From Klebsiella phage KPN N141: a stretch of 48,075 bases of DNA. The stretch is from sequence record MF415412.1, one strand, 5' to 3'. The notes below the pieces were generated by a model. That model was given only the letters and a program-made list of their open reading frames with translations, made no database searches and was not told the origin of the DNA. Of this stretch, positions 15,318 through 23,954 are shown piece by piece; the first letter of the stretch is position 1; every line of letters begins with the position of its first letter. The translations under genes were made by a program, and so were the position numbers.

Positions 15318-15363
15318 TATCACGAAGTCGATTAACGACCAAATTATGCAAGGAGACAGGATA

Positions 15364-15621
15364 ATGCAGCAATTCAAATCTCGCGGCAAGGTATACAACC
15401 TGCCAGATACTGCCACTCACGCCGCACCTGGTGTATGCGTCGGCCTGTACTTTATGGACGGCGGCAAGTGGTTCTTTATTGGCGACCTTGTGACGGATGA
15501 CGTTAAGCCTTTGCTTTGCGGCAAGCATCGCGGATTCTTCGATCATGATATCGTGGAACTGAAACCGAAGCGCAATCCTTTCGCTTTCTGGAACAAAATC
15601 AAAGGGGCGATCTTTAAATGA
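15364..15621 (+). CDS. hypothetical protein
   Basis: ATG with AAGGAGACAG upstream. Confidence 0.5.
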   Translation: MQQFKSRGKVYNLPDTATHAAPGVCVGLYFMDGGKWFFIGDLVTDDVKPLLCGKHRGFFDHDIVELKPKRNPFAFWNKIKGAIFK

Positions 15622-15815
15622 ACCAATTCGAATTCCTGGCGCGGGCGCACCGTGCGCTTGCAATGTACGCCTTCAGCAAGAACATGAAGATTATCAGTGT
15701 TGAGGTTGAGTTCAACAATATCAGCATTTCCGGCTATGTGGGCGGCTCGTACCACGTTACAAAATTCAGCTTTCCGTCGCTGGCCAGCCTGGAGCGTGAG
15801 GCGTTCGGTTTCTGA
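15618..15815 (+). CDS. hypothetical protein
   Basis: ATGA overlap with upstream gene. Confidence 0.45.
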   Translation: MNQFEFLARAHRALAMYAFSKNMKIISVEVEFNNISISGYVGGSYHVTKFSFPSLASLEREAFGF

Positions 15816-15816
15816 A

Positions 15817-15859
15817 TAGCACTTTTTGCTAAACGCCCGGTCATGAGAACGGGCATAAT
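15817..15859 (+). promoter_or_regulatory. cassette element copy: TAGCACTTTTTGCTA-22-CATAAT
   Basis: hairpin GCCCG...CGGGC. Confidence 0.8.
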
Positions 15860-15888
15860 AGCCATACACCAAACAACGGAGATTCACC

Positions 15889-16215
15889 ATGATTCGCACT
15901 ACCAGGCCGCTACCCAATAACCTTTACGCCACGATTGGGATTCGCGCGGTGAGACTGATTCACGTCAACGAAGTTGGCAACGTGGCTATTTTGTGGTTTA
16001 AGCGCCACTCAAGCGGGGTTGGTCTGAGCATTGAAAGATTCGGGCGCTTTAACGGCAACTCCCAAACCCATTCTCATTGGGCGGATGGAACTTACCACTG
16101 GACGCACGTTGAGCACGTCAAGAACTTCGACGCCAAATCACTGAGCGACGACGACGCCTGGAAGATGGTAACAGATCTCTTCGGGTATGATGCCTGCATG
16201 GAGGTAGTTGGATGA
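15889..16215 (+). CDS. hypothetical protein
   Basis: ATG after cassette 15817-15859. Confidence 0.5.
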   Translation: MIRTTRPLPNNLYATIGIRAVRLIHVNEVGNVAILWFKRHSSGVGLSIERFGRFNGNSQTHSHWADGTYHWTHVEHVKNFDAKSLSDDDAWKMVTDLFGYDACMEVVG

Positions 16216-16514
16216 TACGTTTATCAGACTTCGATCGCCACTGCTTAACCGGGCAATTCGGCGAAAAGCCAGTGATGTGCAAGATCTCGAAGGTTAAGGG
16301 CGAGCCGTTTGAGCAAATCAGGACGCTTATAAGTTTTGCCAGACGAAACCGCCTTTACATCCAGGCGCGAGGCGGACTGTTCGCAAAGCAGGTTCATTTT
16401 GCGTATGGAACAGGGTTCTACACTGGTGGCGACGGGGTTAACCCATCGCCGAAAAGGGTTAGGCTGCGCGAGATAATCGAACGCGGCTACGTTTGGACTA
16501 ACGGGATCTACTAA
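16212..16514 (+). CDS. hypothetical protein
   Basis: ATGA overlap. Confidence 0.5.
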   Translation: MIRLSDFDRHCLTGQFGEKPVMCKISKVKGEPFEQIRTLISFARRNRLYIQARGGLFAKQVHFAYGTGFYTGGDGVNPSPKRVRLREIIERGYVWTNGIY

Positions 16515-16759
16515 TGGAAACAGTAACAGTGATTTGCACCCATGCGGGTTACGGGCCACTTATTCCGCTGTTCACGGTGGGTAAGGAGTATCAAGCCAGG
16601 TTCGGCCCCGGCCTGGATGAAGTCTGGATTTTGCAGGACGACAAGAAAACAACGGAGTTGGGAGAAAACTGGTTAGCGTGCCGTATGCCGGACGAAAAGA
16701 TAGCGATGTTTCTTAACAGACCATATGAAAACAACGTTCTATTTGAGGTGAAAGTATGA
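16514..16759 (+). CDS. hypothetical protein
   Basis: overlap-coupled ORF. Confidence 0.5.
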   Translation: METVTVICTHAGYGPLIPLFTVGKEYQARFGPGLDEVWILQDDKKTTELGENWLACRMPDEKIAMFLNRPYENNVLFEVKV

Positions 16760-16941
16760 AAGTAAGCAAAAAGAAACTCGCGCTGTATTGGGCCTTCTTC
16801 CTGGGCGGCCTGGTACTGCATGACCACGTAGGCTGGCAGGCGATCGGCATGATTTGCATCATCATTGGGGTATGCCGCCTGTCTGAGATTAACGGATTCC
16901 GCCGTGGATATCGGGCAGCGTTCAGCGGCGAAAAAGAATAG
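16756..16941 (+). CDS. small membrane protein
   Basis: hydrophobic 'LALYWAFFLGGLVLHDHVGWQAIGMICIIIGV'; TAG stop begins cassette. Confidence 0.5.
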   Translation: MKVSKKKLALYWAFFLGGLVLHDHVGWQAIGMICIIIGVCRLSEINGFRRGYRAAFSGEKE

Positions 16942-16981
16942 CACTTTTTGTTAAAACTGCCGTAACGTCATTTGATAAAGT
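16939..16981 (+). promoter_or_regulatory. cassette element copy: TAGCACTTTTTGTTA-22-TAAAGT
   Basis: GTAACG...CGTTAC inverted repeat flanking the -10; TAG is stop of 16756..16941. Confidence 0.75.
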
Positions 16982-17020
16982 GGCGTTACTGAAGTGAACA
17001 ATCCAATCAGGAGCAACGCA

Positions 17021-17239
17021 ATGAACGACAATTTAATCGCACTGCTGGAAGAACTTAATTCCTACGGCTGCGCATACATCGAGCTTTCGAGCGAGCAGGT
17101 TATTGAAGTCGCAATCGACGATGACGCCGGGTTCACCAGATTAAGGGTGGCGGCAGGGGCCGAAGAGGAATTCGAGGACTGCGGCATCCGTGAAGCAACC
17201 AATCTTCTCGAATCCCACCAGGTGAAGGAGATCCGATAA
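17021..17239 (+). CDS. hypothetical acidic protein
   Basis: ATG with CCAATCAGGAGCAA leader. Confidence 0.55.
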   Translation: MNDNLIALLEELNSYGCAYIELSSEQVIEVAIDDDAGFTRLRVAAGAEEEFEDCGIREATNLLESHQVKEIR

Positions 17240-17727
17240 TGAAAACAGTCAAACTTATGGTTGTCAATGCGGCCCGCGAACGTGAGCGCCACCTTATCGG
17301 CTGCGTATTCGATGCCGTCGAGGTGCACGAACCACTAGGCACGGTTCACGTAATCCATGGCGGATACCTGAACGAATTCATCGTCAACCCGCTGGACACT
17401 GACGAAGATTTGACCATCCGTGTTGGTGGCGAGCCGGAAAACGCGCTTTTCCACCTGCGGAAAGTATCGAAGGCGTCGCAGCGCAAGTTGCTGGTTCGCG
17501 CACTGAAGCGCATAGCGAAGCAGCGCGGATACACCGACGCATACATCCGCAAGTTCGGCACGTTCGCTGGCGTAGGCGATTGGGCGCGGTCATGGGCCGA
17601 CTTCTATTTCGATAAATCCGGCGAATTCTGTTCCGTGCATACGGACTGGCTGCATGGAACCGAACACGATCCCGTTAACGGCCACGAGTGGTACGAATTC
17701 ATTGAGGCGGAATTAGACGCCCTTTGA
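17239..17727 (+). CDS. hypothetical protein
   Basis: 162-aa ORF, overlap-coupled. Confidence 0.5.
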   Translation: MKTVKLMVVNAARERERHLIGCVFDAVEVHEPLGTVHVIHGGYLNEFIVNPLDTDEDLTIRVGGEPENALFHLRKVSKASQRKLLVRALKRIAKQRGYTDAYIRKFGTFAGVGDWARSWADFYFDKSGEFCSVHTDWLHGTEHDPVNGHEWYEFIEAELDAL

Positions 17728-17770
17728 TAGCACGAATTGCTAAAACGAACGTCCGGGGATGGTGCATACT
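17728..17770 (+). promoter_or_regulatory. cassette element copy: TAGCACGAATTGCTA-22-CATACT
   Basis: hairpin GGGGATGGT-GCAT-ACTATCCCC over the -10. Confidence 0.8.
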
Positions 17771-17802
17771 ATCCCCACACTAACAAGAGATGGAGCCTAA
17801 CC

Positions 17803-18123
17803 ATGAACACCACACAAATCATACACCTGATCCCGTCCGACAACTTCGCTAAAGACGACGACCCGCTGTTAGCCGCCGTTATTCGCGCCGGGATCGATTG
17901 GGCGCTGAGTGATGCCTCGTGCGAATCATTCATGCGTGAACCATTCTCACGAATCGCGGAACTTGAAAAGCAGGTTGCTTTCCTGACTGGTGAACTTCAG
18001 GCGGCTATCGCCACGATCGAGAAGATTCGGGAAATCATGCGCACCGAACCTGGCTATGACGTTGAAGATCACGCGCGAGTTTTGCGCATGATGGCTGACG
18101 CCTTCGCAAAACTCCAGCAATAG
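17803..18123 (+). CDS. hypothetical protein
   Basis: ATG after cassette 17728-17770. Confidence 0.5.
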   Translation: MNTTQIIHLIPSDNFAKDDDPLLAAVIRAGIDWALSDASCESFMREPFSRIAELEKQVAFLTGELQAAIATIEKIREIMRTEPGYDVEDHARVLRMMADAFAKLQQ

Positions 18124-18163
18124 CACGAACCACAAACACGAATCGGGGTTGCTGCATGGCTAC
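18121..18163 (+). promoter_or_regulatory. degenerate cassette copy: TAGCACGAACCACAA...
   Basis: retains TAGCACGAA and CGGGGTTG...CTACCCCC, palindrome arm lost. Confidence 0.45.
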
Positions 18164-18189
18164 CCCCACCAAAGACAAGGAAAAACATC

Positions 18190-18381
18190 ATGATTTACGC
18201 AATTATTGCCCTGGCGGTTCTTATTCTGGCCCTGTATGCGTGCGGCTGTTTACTCATGCGGGCCTTCCTGAAATCGGCGGATTCTACAGACAAAGACGAT
18301 CTTTATCCTGTGTTGTGCTGGCCCTGGATTACACTTTCCGCCGTTGGCAGCGTGATCATTTCCCGCAATTTTAAGTGGTGA
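18190..18381 (+). CDS. small membrane protein
   Basis: 'MIYAIIALAVLILALYACGCLLM...VLCWPWITLSAVGSVIIS' two hydrophobic segments. Confidence 0.5.
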   Translation: MIYAIIALAVLILALYACGCLLMRAFLKSADSTDKDDLYPVLCWPWITLSAVGSVIISRNFKW

Positions 18382-18417
18382 GATGGCGTTTGTGTGCCAA
18401 AGTGGATAGCCCGCAAA

Positions 18418-18460
18418 TAGCACGAATTGCTAAAACCGATCAGGGGTAAGCTGGTATAGT
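18418..18460 (+). promoter_or_regulatory. cassette element copy: TAGCACGAATTGCTA-22-TATAGT
   Basis: hairpin GGGGTAA...TTACCCC over the -10. Confidence 0.8.
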
Positions 18461-18491
18461 TACCCCATCGAAACGAAACGGAGTTACAGCA

Positions 18492-18704
18492 ATGAAAATC
18501 AAAATCACCAAAATAGACACTCTTAACGGCGACGGCTCAATTACCCTGGAAGAATGCGGCCTCAAAATCGGCGAAGTTCTTGAGGTCGACGGCCACTTCA
18601 ATGACGGCTCATACTGCGTAATTGCCCCGCGCAATAGCGAATTTATCCAGGCTGGTGACAATATCAGCGTGAGCAAAGACGAATGCGAGGTTGTCGAAGA
18701 ATGA
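18492..18704 (+). CDS. hypothetical protein
   Basis: ATG after cassette 18418-18460. Confidence 0.5.
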   Translation: MKIKITKIDTLNGDGSITLEECGLKIGEVLEVDGHFNDGSYCVIAPRNSEFIQAGDNISVSKDECEVVEE

Positions 18705-19276
18705 GCAACAAGATTTGGGTACTGACCTACACCATTGGAACCAACGAGGGGCGCAAGTCGCGCCGCCTCATCTGCGACACCAAAGAGCGGGCGATTAGGC
18801 AGCAAATCGTTCTTGGTGGCGAACTTGTCGAGTATCTCCGCAAGCCTGAAGCGTTCAAGGTGAACTGGCCGGAAGGCATGGATATCAACGGCGCGTTATC
18901 GAGCCTGCGTGAGATGCAGCACAACCCGAAGACGTGGAGCGACTTTCAATGCCTGCGGGCGGAGCCGGAAGTGAAGGCCGACCCGTTCACCAATATTCGG
19001 GCGCAGCACGCGGAGTGGTCGGATCGCCAGTTCGGTAACGTCGGGCCAGTCGGGCCGCTCAAGCATCTGGCGAAAGAGGCGATCGAGGCCGCCGAAGCGC
19101 CGGATGACATTAGCGAGTTCGCCGATATCCTCATGTTGGTATGGGACGCAACGCGCCGCGCCGGATTCAGCGATGAGCAGTTGGCTGAAGCGGTGGCGGA
19201 AAAGCTGGAACGGAACAAGCGCCGGGCGTGGGGCGATGTCAAAGATGGCGAGCCTTGCCACCACGTAAAAAATTAA
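18701..19276 (+). CDS. MazG-superfamily / DUF550-like (d)NTP pyrophosphohydrolase
   Basis: 'DRQFGNVGPVGPLKHLAKEAIEAAEAPDDISEFADILMLVWDATRRAGFSDEQLAEAVAEKLERNKRRAW' with KEA..E...-D..E.AD pattern; start at 18701 (ATGA overlap). Confidence 0.75.
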   Translation: MSNKIWVLTYTIGTNEGRKSRRLICDTKERAIRQQIVLGGELVEYLRKPEAFKVNWPEGMDINGALSSLREMQHNPKTWSDFQCLRAEPEVKADPFTNIRAQHAEWSDRQFGNVGPVGPLKHLAKEAIEAAEAPDDISEFADILMLVWDATRRAGFSDEQLAEAVAEKLERNKRRAWGDVKDGEPCHHVKN

Positions 19277-19345
19277 CGAAATCGAATGCCGTTTAAAGCG
19301 CCTGTAAGCCATTCTGGCGGGCGCAAATTTAAGGAGTACGATTGT

Positions 19346-19582
19346 ATGCCTGAATACTCAAAAGTCGAAGATATGCCGATTGGCGCAACGATTACTGGTA
19401 TCTGTATGAGTGAGTCTGTCGACGCAATCAAGCCGCTGGCGTTCCCGGTTACGCAGGTGGAGACGGACAGCAGAAAAGGGTTCATCTTCATCTACAAAAA
19501 TTTCAATAGTCCGCTGCGTGTTGAAGTGTTCATTGCTCGCGGAACCTGGGTAGAATGGGAGAAGGCCAAATGTTCGGACTGA
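19346..19582 (+). CDS. hypothetical protein
   Basis: AAGGAG RBS 11 nt before ATG. Confidence 0.5.
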   Translation: MPEYSKVEDMPIGATITGICMSESVDAIKPLAFPVTQVETDSRKGFIFIYKNFNSPLRVEVFIARGTWVEWEKAKCSD

Positions 19583-19803
19583 ATGAAGCGCAGTACAACG
19601 CCGTGAAGCGCATAGCAAAGCAGATGGCCGCAGAAACAAAAGACGCCATCAAGAAGGACAAGAAGACCTACGATCAGGTCGCCGCGAAGATGATCGATAA
19701 ACATTGGGCGCAAATCAACACGCTGGTTACTCGCGGCCAGTTTATCTGGATAGCTGGCTACCTGGAAGGCCGATTCGGTCGCAGGGATGGCGAGTATGAA
19801 TAA
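19570..19803 (+). CDS. hypothetical protein
   Basis: ORF MFGLNEAQYNAVKRIAKQMAAETK... Confidence 0.45.
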   Translation: MFGLNEAQYNAVKRIAKQMAAETKDAIKKDKKTYDQVAAKMIDKHWAQINTLVTRGQFIWIAGYLEGRFGRRDGEYE

Positions 19804-19934
19804 AAAACAGCCAAACGATTCAGCGACCTATTGACGCAATCGCGCTGACCGGGTAACTTGAACCACGTAGACGCAAGAGGCGGTAAACATCCGCAAGTCT
19901 GGCCCCGCTTTGGGGCATTTACAAAGGGGTTGTG

Positions 19935-20126
19935 ATGCAGTACAAAATCATACTCACGGCCAGAAAAATGGGCGGCTTTTGCAAGTCCTGCATTCAAGAG
20001 TTTAGCATGACGATTGAAGCGAACGACACCGCCGACGCGGTGGAGAAAGCAAAAAAGCAATCCGGCGTCAATCTGGATACGCATAAAATCAACATCAACT
20101 ACATAAGGGAAGTCAATCAATGTTAA
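19935..20126 (+). CDS. hypothetical protein
   Basis: ATG after GGGGTTG; 63 aa. Confidence 0.4.
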   Translation: MQYKIILTARKMGGFCKSCIQEFSMTIEANDTADAVEKAKKQSGVNLDTHKININYIREVNQC

Positions 20127-20383
20127 CTCTGATTATTGCTTTTTTAATGCTGTTCATAGGCTATCACGTTGGCGCGGCTCATCTTGTCGAGCGCCTTTCA
20201 AAGCGGGTACATGAAGGCACTTTTGCTGCCATGTTCTACAACAAGAAAACAGCACGTTGGGAAAAAGTTGGCGACCCGGAAGGTGTCGCAAAACGAATAG
20301 CTTTTTCGCCGCTTCCGTATGTTGACTGCGAGCCTTTCGTAAAACTCCAGAAGACGCTGAATCGGCGAAACAAACTGATATGA
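20120..20383 (+). CDS. small protein with N-terminal TM
   Basis: 'MLTLIIAFLMLFIGYHVG'. Confidence 0.5.
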   Translation: MLTLIIAFLMLFIGYHVGAAHLVERLSKRVHEGTFAAMFYNKKTARWEKVGDPEGVAKRIAFSPLPYVDCEPFVKLQKTLNRRNKLI

Positions 20384-20390
20384 TACAAGA

Positions 20391-20412
20391 ACCCGCTTCG
20401 GCGGGTTTTTTT
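20391..20412 (+). terminator. Rho-independent terminator separating accessory and packaging modules
   Basis: ACCCGC-TTCG-GCGGGT followed by seven T. Confidence 0.85.
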
Positions 20413-20462
20413 ATGCCCGCAATCTGATATACTCGCAAATCAACATAGAAGGAGGGTGCAAA

Positions 20463-20987
20463 ATGTCTGAAGAACGTAGAAAACGCGTAACGAAATCACA
20501 CTTTGAGGGGAACTTCAAAGCGCTATATGAAAAGGAGTTCGGCGTGGTACTAGGGCGCACAGCAGAGATGACGCCGGAACAATTTTTTGATATCGCAAAG
20601 CGTTACTTCCAGTGGGCCGAAGAGAACGCAATCAAGGCGGCGGAAACGGCAACGTTTCAGGGCGACGTTAACGAGTGGGGAGTGAACAAGCCTCGCATTT
20701 TTACGATCACAGGGTTAAGCCTGTTTTGCGGCGTGAACCAGTCAACGCTTGGGCGCTACCGTCACGATCCCAACTATGCTCCCGTCATGGAGTTCATCGA
20801 CTCCGTGATTTATGAGCAGAAATTTCAGCTTGCTGCCGTCGGCATGATTAACGCTTCTTTCGTCGGTAAAGAGATGGGGATCGATAAGCCGCCAGTGCTG
20901 AACATCGACGCTATCGCCGGGGATAAGAACGAGATCACCGAAGAGCGGTTAGAGCAGGCAGTGACCAATATTCTTGATAAGCTGTAA
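20463..20987 (+). CDS. terS: terminase small subunit
   Basis: ~174 aa with 'ITGLSLFCGVNQSTLGRYRHDPNYAPVMEFIDSVIYEQKFQLAAVGMINASFVGKEMG'; immediately precedes large terminase. Confidence 0.75.
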   Translation: MSEERRKRVTKSHFEGNFKALYEKEFGVVLGRTAEMTPEQFFDIAKRYFQWAEENAIKAAETATFQGDVNEWGVNKPRIFTITGLSLFCGVNQSTLGRYRHDPNYAPVMEFIDSVIYEQKFQLAAVGMINASFVGKEMGIDKPPVLNIDAIAGDKNEITEERLEQAVTNILDKL

Positions 20988-20996
20988 GGGTCAGAT

Positions 20997-22598
20997 ATGA
21001 ACGAAATGATCATTTGGGAAGACCTGTCGCCAGCCGATAAGCTGGCGATTAAGGCGCTGAGTACGCGCAACTTTTCGCTATTCCTGAAGATTTGGTTCCA
21101 GATAATTCAGGGCGAAAAGCTGATGTGGAACTGGCATCACTCCTACTTTTGCCACACGGTTGATGAAATTATCTCCGGGAAGCGCAAGAGCACGATCGTT
21201 AACGTTGCGCCAGGCTCCACGAAGACGGAGGTGTTTTCAATCCACCTCGCGCCGTATGCGTATCTCAAGTGCCGGAAGGTTCGAAACCTTCAGATCTCGC
21301 AGGGTGACGCCCTGTCAAAAGGCAACTCTGATCGCGTGATTAAGATCTTCTCATCGAGCGAGTGGCAGGAGCTATGGCCATCAAAGTTCGGTCGTAAGCA
21401 GATCGATGAATTTCAGGTGATGGACGATAACGACCGCGTAAGGCTGGAAATGGTCTCCCGTTCGTCTGGCGGTCAGATCGTCGGTAAGCGTGGCGGGTAC
21501 ATGACGCCAGGGTTTAGCGGCCTTATCGCGCTGGATGATATCGACAAGCCGGATGATATGTTCTCGAAGGTGAAGCGTGAGAAAAACCACGTACTACTGA
21601 AAAACACCATTCGATCCCGTCGAGCGAAGAAGAAGAAGGGCGACGAAACGCCAATCCTTTCCGTGCAGCAGCGATTGCACGCGCAGGATGCCACCTGGTT
21701 CATGATGAGCGGAGGGATGGCCATCGACTTCGATCGCATTGTTATTCCGGCGATGGTAACGCGGGAATATGGCGAATCACTCCCTGACTGGTTGCGACCT
21801 GAGTTCGAACGCGACGTGCTTTCCGGCCCGTCGGTGGTCATTGACGGCGTGGAATACTGGTCATTTTGGGAGGAGAACGAATCAATCGAGAACCTGGTTG
21901 CGCTACGCGAAGCCGATCTTTATACGTTCCTTTCGCAGTATCAGCAGGAGCCAATCGCCCTGGGTGGTAACGTGTTCAAGTCGGAGTGGTGGCGCTATTA
22001 CGGCGATTCCGACAAGGCGCACGAGCCTCGCCCGGACAAGTTCGAATATACGTTCATCACGGCGGACACCGCGCAGAAGGTCAAGGAGCTAAACGACTAC
22101 TCTGTAATGTGCTATTGGGGCAAGTATCGGGATCGCGTCTACTTCATTGACGGAATTCGCGGAAAATGGGAAGCGCCAGATCTCCGCGTTCAGGCCGAAG
22201 CATTCATCAAGCAGTGCTGGCGTCGGAACAAGGAGTGCGGAAACCTTCGCCGGATCTACATCGAAGACAAGGCGAGCGGTACGGGTCTAATCCAGGATTT
22301 AACGAAGGCGGTAAACGGCATGGGCGAGATCGTCCCGGTGCAGCGCGATAAAGATAAGGTCACTCGCGCTATGGATGCACAACCAATCATCAAGGGTGGG
22401 CGTGTCGTGCTGCCGGACAATCACCCATTCGTTGCAGAGCTTGAGGCGGAGATGAGCGCGTTTACATATGACGATTCTCATCCACACGATGATATTTGCG
22501 ACAACGTGTTTGACGCCGCAAACCTGGAAATGAACCTGAGCGACGATCCGGTTGAGCGAATGAAGCGCCTTGCGGGATTGAAAAAGCTGGGTCGCTAA
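20997..22598 (+). CDS. terL: terminase large subunit
   Basis: 'VNVAPGSTKTEVFSIHLAPY' ATPase, 'GLIALDDIDKPDD' Walker B, nuclease 'FITADTAQKVKELNDYSVMCYWG', 'IYIEDKASGTGLIQDL'. Confidence 0.93.
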   Translation: MNEMIIWEDLSPADKLAIKALSTRNFSLFLKIWFQIIQGEKLMWNWHHSYFCHTVDEIISGKRKSTIVNVAPGSTKTEVFSIHLAPYAYLKCRKVRNLQISQGDALSKGNSDRVIKIFSSSEWQELWPSKFGRKQIDEFQVMDDNDRVRLEMVSRSSGGQIVGKRGGYMTPGFSGLIALDDIDKPDDMFSKVKREKNHVLLKNTIRSRRAKKKKGDETPILSVQQRLHAQDATWFMMSGGMAIDFDRIVIPAMVTREYGESLPDWLRPEFERDVLSGPSVVIDGVEYWSFWEENESIENLVALREADLYTFLSQYQQEPIALGGNVFKSEWWRYYGDSDKAHEPRPDKFEYTFITADTAQKVKELNDYSVMCYWGKYRDRVYFIDGIRGKWEAPDLRVQAEAFIKQCWRRNKECGNLRRIYIEDKASGTGLIQDLTKAVNGMGEIVPVQRDKDKVTRAMDAQPIIKGGRVVLPDNHPFVAELEAEMSAFTYDDSHPHDDICDNVFDAANLEMNLSDDPVERMKRLAGLKKLGR

Positions 22599-22605
22599 TA
22601 CATAA

Positions 22606-22628
22606 TGTGGGCCTGACGGCCCACACTT
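22606..22628 (+). other. strong intercistronic hairpin between terminase and portal genes
   Basis: TGTGGGCC-TGAC-GGCCCACA, no T-tract. Confidence 0.6.
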
Positions 22629-22643
22629 AAACAAGGTTGAAAT

Positions 22644-23954
22644 ATGAATAACATTAAGATGGACGACTATAATCAAATCTTTAATGGTGGCGCTGGTTAT
22701 GCGTCAACCCTCGCGTCTATCGCGTCGAGATTTGGAACAATGTCGCAGGTTGAAGAGTTCTATCATGAAAACGGCATGGCGAAGAAAATCGTTGACGTGA
22801 TCCCGGAAGAGATGGTCGCTCCCGGCTTCCAGCTAAACGGCATTTCAGATAACACCAAGTTTCAATCAGAATGGGACGGGTTAAATCTGGAACCGCAAAT
22901 CACCGATGCTCTTTGCTGGGCGCGGCTGTATGGTGGCTCCTACGTCCTGGCGATGGTTAACGATGGTCGCGCGTTGACTTCGGCGGCGAAGCGAGGTAAG
23001 CCGCTCGAATCGATCGTTGTTTACGACCATGATTCCGTTTCCGTCGCGGAGGAGGAAACCAGCCCACGAAGCCCACGATTCGGAAAGCCTAAAATGTATG
23101 AGGTGAAGCCGCTAAACGGCGGGCAACCGTTCAAGGTGCATTATACCCGTATGCACTACATCGACGGCGAGCGAGTAACCAACAAGGTGCGCCAGCTAAA
23201 TAATGGCGCTGGTGGTTCAGTGCTGAACAAGTCGATCATTGAAGCGATTCTTGACTACGACTATTCGGAATATCTGGCAACGCAGCTACTGAAGCGCAAG
23301 CAGCAGGGCGTTTGGAAGGCGAAAGGTCTGGCGCTAATCTGCGACGACAAAGAAGGCGAGTACGCCGCCCGGTTGCGCATGGCGCAGGTTGATGCTAATT
23401 CCGGCGTCGGAAACACGATCGGCATTGATGCGGACGACGAAGAGTACAACGTTATCAACTCCGATATTTCAGGCATCCCGGAATTCCTTTCCGCGAAAAT
23501 GGATCGGATTGTCGCCCTGTCAGGCATTCACGAGATCGTGCTAAAAAACAAAAACACTGGTGGCGTAAGCGCAAGCCAGAACACGGCGCTACAGACGTTC
23601 TACAAACTGGTTGACCGCAAGCGCAATGACGATTACAAGCCGCTGTTAGAATTCCTGTTACAGTTCATCGTAACGGAGGAGGAATACAGCGTCGAGTTCG
23701 AACCGTTGTCACTGCCTACCGATGCGGAGAAAGCGGATATCTTCCAGAAGAACGCCAACGCGGCTCGCGGCCTCGTTACCGACCAGGTTATTGACGCCAA
23801 CGAAGCGCGTGATACTCTGTCGGCGTTAATTCCAGAACTGAAGCTAAAAGGTAACGCGCCGAAGCAGAAAAAACTTCCGGATCGCGCCGCTGGTTCAGGC
23901 AGCACGCAAAGCGCAGAGATCTTAAACAACACGGAGGCGGATGATGAAAGTTAA
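22644..23954 (+). CDS. portal protein (DUF1073-type)
   Basis: position plus 'FYHENGMAKKIVDVIPEEMVAPGF', 'ASQNTALQTFYKLVDRKRNDDYKPLLEFLLQ'. Confidence 0.85.
   Translation: MNNIKMDDYNQIFNGGAGYASTLASIASRFGTMSQVEEFYHENGMAKKIVDVIPEEMVAPGFQLNGISDNTKFQSEWDGLNLEPQITDALCWARLYGGSYVLAMVNDGRALTSAAKRGKPLESIVVYDHDSVSVAEEETSPRSPRFGKPKMYEVKPLNGGQPFKVHYTRMHYIDGERVTNKVRQLNNGAGGSVLNKSIIEAILDYDYSEYLATQLLKRKQQGVWKAKGLALICDDKEGEYAARLRMAQVDANSGVGNTIGIDADDEEYNVINSDISGIPEFLSAKMDRIVALSGIHEIVLKNKNTGGVSASQNTALQTFYKLVDRKRNDDYKPLLEFLLQFIVTEEEYSVEFEPLSLPTDAEKADIFQKNANAARGLVTDQVIDANEARDTLSALIPELKLKGNAPKQKKLPDRAAGSGSTQSAEILNNTEADDES

Noticed and set aside
1515-18460. Repeated TAGCAC elements as a CRISPR or transposon-type repeat
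   Set aside because: Repeats are unevenly spaced, always intergenic, oriented with the downstream gene, and carry a constant-distance -10 hexamer; no cas genes, transposase or target-site duplications.
21769-22351. Alternative-frame ORFs inside the large terminase (21769..22092, 22166..22351)
   Set aside because: Arg/Ser-rich frame-shadow translations inside a strongly conserved gene.
22644-23954. DUF1073 portal as an anti-CBASS Acb1 protein
   Set aside because: The family label overlaps in databases, but length, position after terminase and sequence layout fit a portal; no evidence for the Acb1 phosphodiesterase motif could be read.
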